Positions 57,790-64,000 of a DNA stretch of 64,000 nucleotides are shown in pieces. The stretch is from Eledone cirrhosa (Eukaryota), in assembly GCA_964016885.1 (NCBI GenBank), contig OZ024740.1, positions 243,846,001-243,910,000 of the forward strand, written 5' to 3'. Numbering within the stretch: position 1 is the first letter of the stretch; every line of letters starts with the position of its first letter. Under the pieces are notes generated by a model. It searched no databases, was not told the DNA's origin, and was given only the letters and a program-made list of their open reading frames with translations. Made by a program: the position numbers and the translations under genes.

Positions 57790-58830
57790 GAACATTTGAA
57801 AAGAAGGCATGCACAGTAGTGGAAATTAGCTGCCCAGCAGATGCCAATATAATATCAAAGATTAGTGAAAAGGAGAATATTTATGCAGAACTGATGAGAA
57901 ATCTGCAGATACTCCTCCACCCTGATTACACCTTCAGATTTATGCCTGTGATTATTGGGGCACTGGGATATGTTAGTAACTGCCTCAATACAAATCTTGA
58001 GAAGCTAGGCTTCACAGGAACAGAAAGAACACAACTAGTTAGGAAATTACAAGTACAATCCATTAATGGAACAGTAAAAATATGTAAAACATTCCAAAAA
58101 ATTTGCATCTAATAACTGCATATACACATGTACAGATACAAAGCATATACACATGCACACATACAACTCAAAACATACACATCCACACATACAATAACAT
58201 CCATATCTACACATGCATGCATACATACATACATACATACATACATACATACATACATACATACATACATACATACATACATACATACATACATACCCAG
58301 GAAAGTTGAATAGCACTGCCGCAGCGAATCAGCGGATGAAAGGTTGTATGCTTATTGGCAGACAGTCATGTATGACTATGTTGTTAAAAAGTGAAAATAA
58401 TATAGATAACCAGAGTAGTTTATTTTGTTTATATACTTTCACTTTGATGGATATACTTTTTACGATGCAAGAAGAGGGAATACCAACGAAATACCTGATG
58501 CACACACGGTATAAAGTGCAAGCAAAACATCTAGATGTGACAAAGGACTCTGCGGAATGAACATTGAGGAGGTCACCCACATCATAAGCAGCTGACTAAA
58601 GATGTCACGATACTATTTGCACGCGAGGCATAATGTAGTGGCCAAAACACTATGCAATGTAATCCAGAGAAAATATGGTTTTGAAGATAAAAATATCTAA
58701 ACCCGACAGCGATGTAGGGGGCATACATGGAAGGGTGGAATGTTCCTGTCAAAGGCACAATAGAATGTAAACATAACAGACCAGACATAATTATATGGGG
58801 CGAAGAAAAGAATGCAAACAATGTAGCGGG
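57790..58830 (+). mobile_element. Two REL-endonuclease LINE fragments (57790-58112; 58480-58830)
   Basis: VVEISCP..KENIYAEL..MPVIIGALG; RHNVVAK and HNRPDIIIW. Confidence 0.7.
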
Positions 58831-59085
58831 AAAATGTTGAGTGTGTAATAACTAAATATACATACCTGTTTAACTCAATATATACAGAATCACGCATGCA
58901 ATGACATCCATGTGCGTGCACATACATGCAAGCAGTTGATTTCTACATTCTAATGACCCTTGTTTCAGGGTTAAAAACCGACACACTCTCTCTCTATTTG
59001 TGATAATTTTTTAAAATCCCAGATGATACTTACATGTATGTAGGTATGTGTGTATATACATACATGCATGTATACACACACACAT

Positions 59086-59119
<34 letters not shown>

Positions 59120-59120
59120 C

Positions 59121-59290
59121 ATTGTTTCTATTATTGGCACAAGGCCAGCAATTACTGGTGCTTTATTTTATCGACCCCGTAAGGGTGAAAGGCAAAGTTA
59201 ATCTCGGCGGGATTTGAACTCAGACCGTAAAGAGGTATAACTCTATGCATGGCGTCCAACCCTCTACCGATACTGCCAATCCACCGCCCT
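59121..59290 (-). mobile_element. SINE (further copies 62153-62340 +, 63800-63915 -)
   Basis: Core and B box. Confidence 0.8.
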
Positions 59291-59679
59291 ATACATATAA
59301 TATTGATGATTATAGTGTAGGTCATCACTATTATCTTTGGTAAGATGAGAGAAGTTCTGTGCACAATAAACTCCTAGGTTCATCAGGAGTTTAAAACATA
59401 CGAATAAGTCATCGACAGTTAAAGTTCTTGTTGAGGACAGTTCAGGAAGCAGAGCATTAATACTGAATATGTCAAAAGACCAAGGTTAACAACTTAAATT
59501 CATTCTTTAATTTCTACGTCCGTTTCAGAATGGTTACTATGATACATGCATATGTAAGCAACTGGAAGTAATTAATTATCAATTATCAACACTATACATA
59601 ATAACTATAATTGCATTTCTTTACGAAAATGTGAGAAAGAACAAAGTTTACCACTTTCAATTAGTATCAAGAATATAGC

Positions 59680-60600
59680 GGTGGATTATCTCTCAGAGGA
59701 GGAGGTCATAAGAGCAGTTAAAGAGCGCAAATGTGGCAAAGCTGCCAAGGAAGATGAAATCTGGCCCGAGATCTTAAAATCCTTAAACAGAGGAGGTATC
59801 CTCTGGCTGACTCATTTGCCTCGAGTGGCTTGGATCTCTTTCAAAAAAAGGGAGACAAGAGAGATTGTTACAATTACAGCGAGATCTCCTTGTTAAGCCT
59901 CATCGGTAAAGTCTATGTTAAGTGTCAGGCAAAGAGATGCAGGGAGTTTGTCGAGTCCAAGCTAACTGATGAACAGTGTGGTTTTCTCCCCCGAGAAATC
60001 GTGGGAATATTGCCAAAATGTATATTCTTGTTTTGTAGATCGAAAAGGCAAATGACCACGTTCCTCGGGACCTGCTGCAGAAGCTTCTGCTGGAGTACAG
60101 AGTCGATGGTCAGCTTCTTATTGCCCTTATACGAATGTCCGAGAATTTGTGTTCGAATAAATGGTGCTAAATAGAAACCATTTAATGTAGAAGACTGACT
60201 CCGCCAAGGGTGCGTAGGTCACCTTTACAGTTCAATATTTACATAATCAAGATTGACATGCGCAGCTGGGTGGAAGTTGTTTCATGACTGGGTTGAAGTG
60301 ATAAAATTAGTCGGCTGGAATTTACAGACGACAAGATGTTATTTAACTCGACAGAAGGTAATCTGGATAGGTTTTGATGCCGAGTGCTGCAGTGCTGCGA
60401 AAACTGAGACACTTATCCTGTCAAGGCAGTCTGCGCAATACACGCTACATGTAAATGGAGTTCTACTGAAGCTGGTAGAGAGGTTCAAGTATCTCGGGGC
60501 CGCGTTCACGAGTGATGGAAGGCAGAAGGCTGAATTAAGTGCAAAAATTCCAAGAGCTGGTGCAGTAATGCGCCAGCTTCAATATTCAGTAATCAGATGA
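59680..60600 (+). pseudogene. Decayed RTE-group LINE RT fragment
   Basis: GKAA.EDEI.PE.LK, KKGDKRDCYNY..ISLLS, EQCGF, LRQG, FKYLG. Confidence 0.8.
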
Positions 60601-60660
60601 TATTTGTGCTTCTCAGTAGAAAAGCTCAATAGACATTTGTCCAGGGCATCACTAATTCAA

Positions 60661-60750
<90 letters not shown>

Positions 60751-61631
60751 CCATATATCGTTTGAGAAACATTTAGTATTTTGTACACACATGAAGCAAA
60801 TAATATTTTAAAAAAATACTACTTCAAAATGGAAACACACACACATGCACACACACACACACACACGCGCACACAACCCCCCCCCACACACACAGAGATA
60901 TATATATAAAACAAAATTTGATATAGAAATGGCTTCTACAAGACTAGAACTGTTTAATTCGAAGGAAATCATCTATATCAAATTTTGTTGTATACACTCT
61001 ATTAATGTATTGAGTACTTTACATACTGTAGTTAACCCCGATCGAACCCCGGACTCACATATCTATATATATTTAGACTCAAGTACATATTTTAACCATA
61101 CCAAAGTATGTATTCGCTAAGTTACTTTTTTTTGCATAGAGACGCAACTATATATGGGAGCTGGTTTTGAACGTTTACAGATGTTTGAGTGTTGGAATGG
61201 CAGAATCTTTAAACGTTGGACCAAATACCCTGGAGTATCTAGATACTTTAGTTCCTAAGTTCAAATCTTGCGCAGGATTAGCCTTGCCTCTCATAAAATA
61301 TGAAGCTCAAGTCTATTTAATCAACTATACCCTCTCTATATCAGTCCCATTGCAATGTTTAAGATCAAATAAGAACCATTGGTTATAGAATGCCCTATGG
61401 TCAATAATTACTGATATTAGCCAGAATATCCTCGACTGATGAAGGAATAACTACTCAAGTATAAAGATAAGGGTTAATTGTAGTGGTTAATTTGTAATAA
61501 TAGAATGCCCAGTCAGATGGAAAGTGATTCATACAAAAATGTTACAGAAGTTGTGTGAAGAAGTTTGCATTACCACCTCTTGATTCCGGGTTTAATCTAC
61601 TATAGCTTCGAGAGTGGAATTTGTTAAACAA

Positions 61632-61781
<150 letters not shown>

Positions 61782-63112
61782 AATTGTGTGTGAATAAAGG
61801 ACTAACTTCTGATACGTTGAGCTTTCCTTTTTTATTTTCCTTGTGGCAGCATTAGAGTGACAAGCAAAACGCCTTGCATTATTTATTCCAGTTCTATCAC
61901 TATCATTGCGAAATTTCTTTCTACAATTTACATTTTGTCTTCCAATTAAGCCTAGGTCAACTTTGCTTTTAATCCTTCTGTGGTCAATAAAGTGAAGTAT
62001 CATTCAAATATTGAGGTACTATCGCTTCAGGAGGTTCTACGAGATACTTAGTGAGTGCATATTAAGCATATTGGTGATTTACACGAAATAAAAAGCAGAT
62101 TCAAACCATTCAGTTACATCTATCTATCTAAGTGCCTAAATTAGACACCATTGTGGATTGGCAGTATCGGTAGAGGGTCGGACGCCATGCTTTGACGCAT
62201 AGAGTTACGGTCCTTGCCATTCTGAGTTCAAATCCCGCCGAGGTTAACTTTGCCTTTCATCCTTACGGGGTCGATAAAATAAAGTACCAGTAATGTACTG
62301 AGTAATTGCTGGCCTTGTGCCAATAGTAGAAACAATTATTTATTCCAGTTCTTTGCATTTTGTGTTCAAAATCCACTATGATCAACTTCCCACGGTGACT
62401 TACCAGCGACCATGGAAGGACCTTTTAATTATCAACGAGTGACATAAGAATGAGCCATAATATTAAATCGGCTGAGAAGAGGCAATACCGGCTGATCATA
62501 GCCATGATAGCGCTGACTTAAGATTAAAGGTATTCCAGTAATGACCATCTTACTTTTATAGGGGTGTAGAGAATGTACCCTATGTTCTGTCCCTTTTAGG
62601 TGGTATTTCTAGCAGATCAAAGGTCCAGTTAGCTAGAAGCAATCTCATTAGCTGGGCCAAGTAGCTAGTGGTTCTGTCATTGACTGGTCATGGTAGATAG
62701 ATGTTCTCTCGTTGTACATTGAGACTATCTTATTGGCTGGCCCAAGTAAATAGAGGTTATTTCTTTGGTTGGTCAAGGTAGAGAGGGAAATGGTCATGGG
62801 GACTGCATTATCTTGACTAATCCATTTAAAAAGACATACTAGACATGACCATCTTATATCTTTCAACTGGACTACATTACCTAGAGCAGGTTATTTTTAG
62901 AATGGTGGGGCATGATATAGGGATGATTTAGTTGCTATTCCTAGCAGGTGAAGTGACCATATAGATGGTACTTTGTTGGGTCCTCACTGGTAGGGGGAAT
63001 ATCAGTGTGATAGAGGAGAGAAACTGGGATAGGAAACTAACAATGTTTGAGGGAAAGAGATAAAGAGAGAGAGACTGAGAGATGAGACTAACAATATGAG
63101 TGTGTGAGGAGA

Positions 63113-63147
<35 letters not shown>

Positions 63148-64000
63148 GAGGGAGAAAGCGCAATAGTGTGTTAGGGGTAACTAGAGAAAGAGGGAGAGGG
63201 AAAAGTAACTGGATAAAAGAAAGCTAAAGAGATTGAGAGACGGGAAATAGAAAAAAAGGTGACATAAAGCTAAAAAGAGCGAGTGAAAGGGGAAGAGAGA
63301 GAGAGAGAGAGTGTGTGCGTGTGTGTATGAAGTGCTGTACGGTAATTAGATACCATCTAGCCATTACGGAGAATTAGCAGAGGCTAGGAGGAGATGGACT
63401 CTTGGAGTAGACAGTCATTTTTTAAAACGTTAACCTTTGTTAACAACTGTTGCCATTTCAGTAAAAGTATCTCCTCCATTTACATTTGGTAATTGCTTCC
63501 AATTACTCCATTTTTAATCATTGTTGCCAGCAGCAGTGGTGTTGTGTTACAGCTCACATGGCCATTGATCTACAAGGACAGATTCCGATACTTTTAACTA
63601 AGGGAGGAAATGAATAAAAGACGAGCGTTGTGTATATATTGTGGCCTGCCAATCACCATAAAATGATTGGAGCCCCACCGTATATGCATATGTATGGAAC
63701 TGTAATTACTGGTGGAATCGTGTAGGGTGTCATTGCACTTTAAACTTGGCAGAGTGCGTCTCTCTGCAGTTCTGAATACAGCCAATTTCTTCCAGAAATT
63801 GACCTCGAAATGATGAAAGGTAAAGTCGATTTCGGCGGGATTTGAACTCAGTGAGCCAGAACGAATATTGCAAATCATTCCATCCGACATTCTATCGACT
63901 CTGCCAATCCATCGCTATATACCCATATATACATGTTTAGTTAACTATGGGTAATATTCGAACGATCTATGGCATCCAAACTATAGAAAGCAGACAATAC

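Overview
AT-rich, microsatellite-saturated animal DNA, most likely a coleoid cephalopod (octopus), inferred from the dominant tRNA-derived SINE, the LINE mix and a mollusc-type beta-microseminoprotein-like gene. Most ORFs in the supplied track are microsatellite translations. One host gene is supported: two phase-compatible exons (11503-11623, 17306-17471) of a beta-microseminoprotein/PSP94-like protein. The rest is mobile DNA. It includes about 25 SINE copies, fragments of R4/Dong, Tx1, RTE, CR1, CRE and HERO-like LINEs, a Helitron, a mariner MITE, a gag-only LTR element with a tRNA-Trp PBS, and a 9.4-kb hAT element with an 8-bp TSD holding nested inserts. The main signal is a Penelope-like element (PLE)/hammerhead ribozyme (HHR) system. 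It has at least three PLE coding families (RT, GIY-YIG) and more than 25 minimal type I HHR or HHR-like motifs, many degenerate. These sit in short non-coding modules inserted in (TA)n runs, often as near-perfect fold-back palindromes with a one-sided tail. The system also shows a 310-bp retrozyme-like tandem array that reverses orientation midway, HHRs with 49-71 nt multi-hairpin inserts in stem II, a U3-A8 covariant core, a shared tail motif (TYGAGTRCT) and an octamer+TATA module just upstream of the ribozyme. All calls were made by eye; family names and ribozyme activity are untested.
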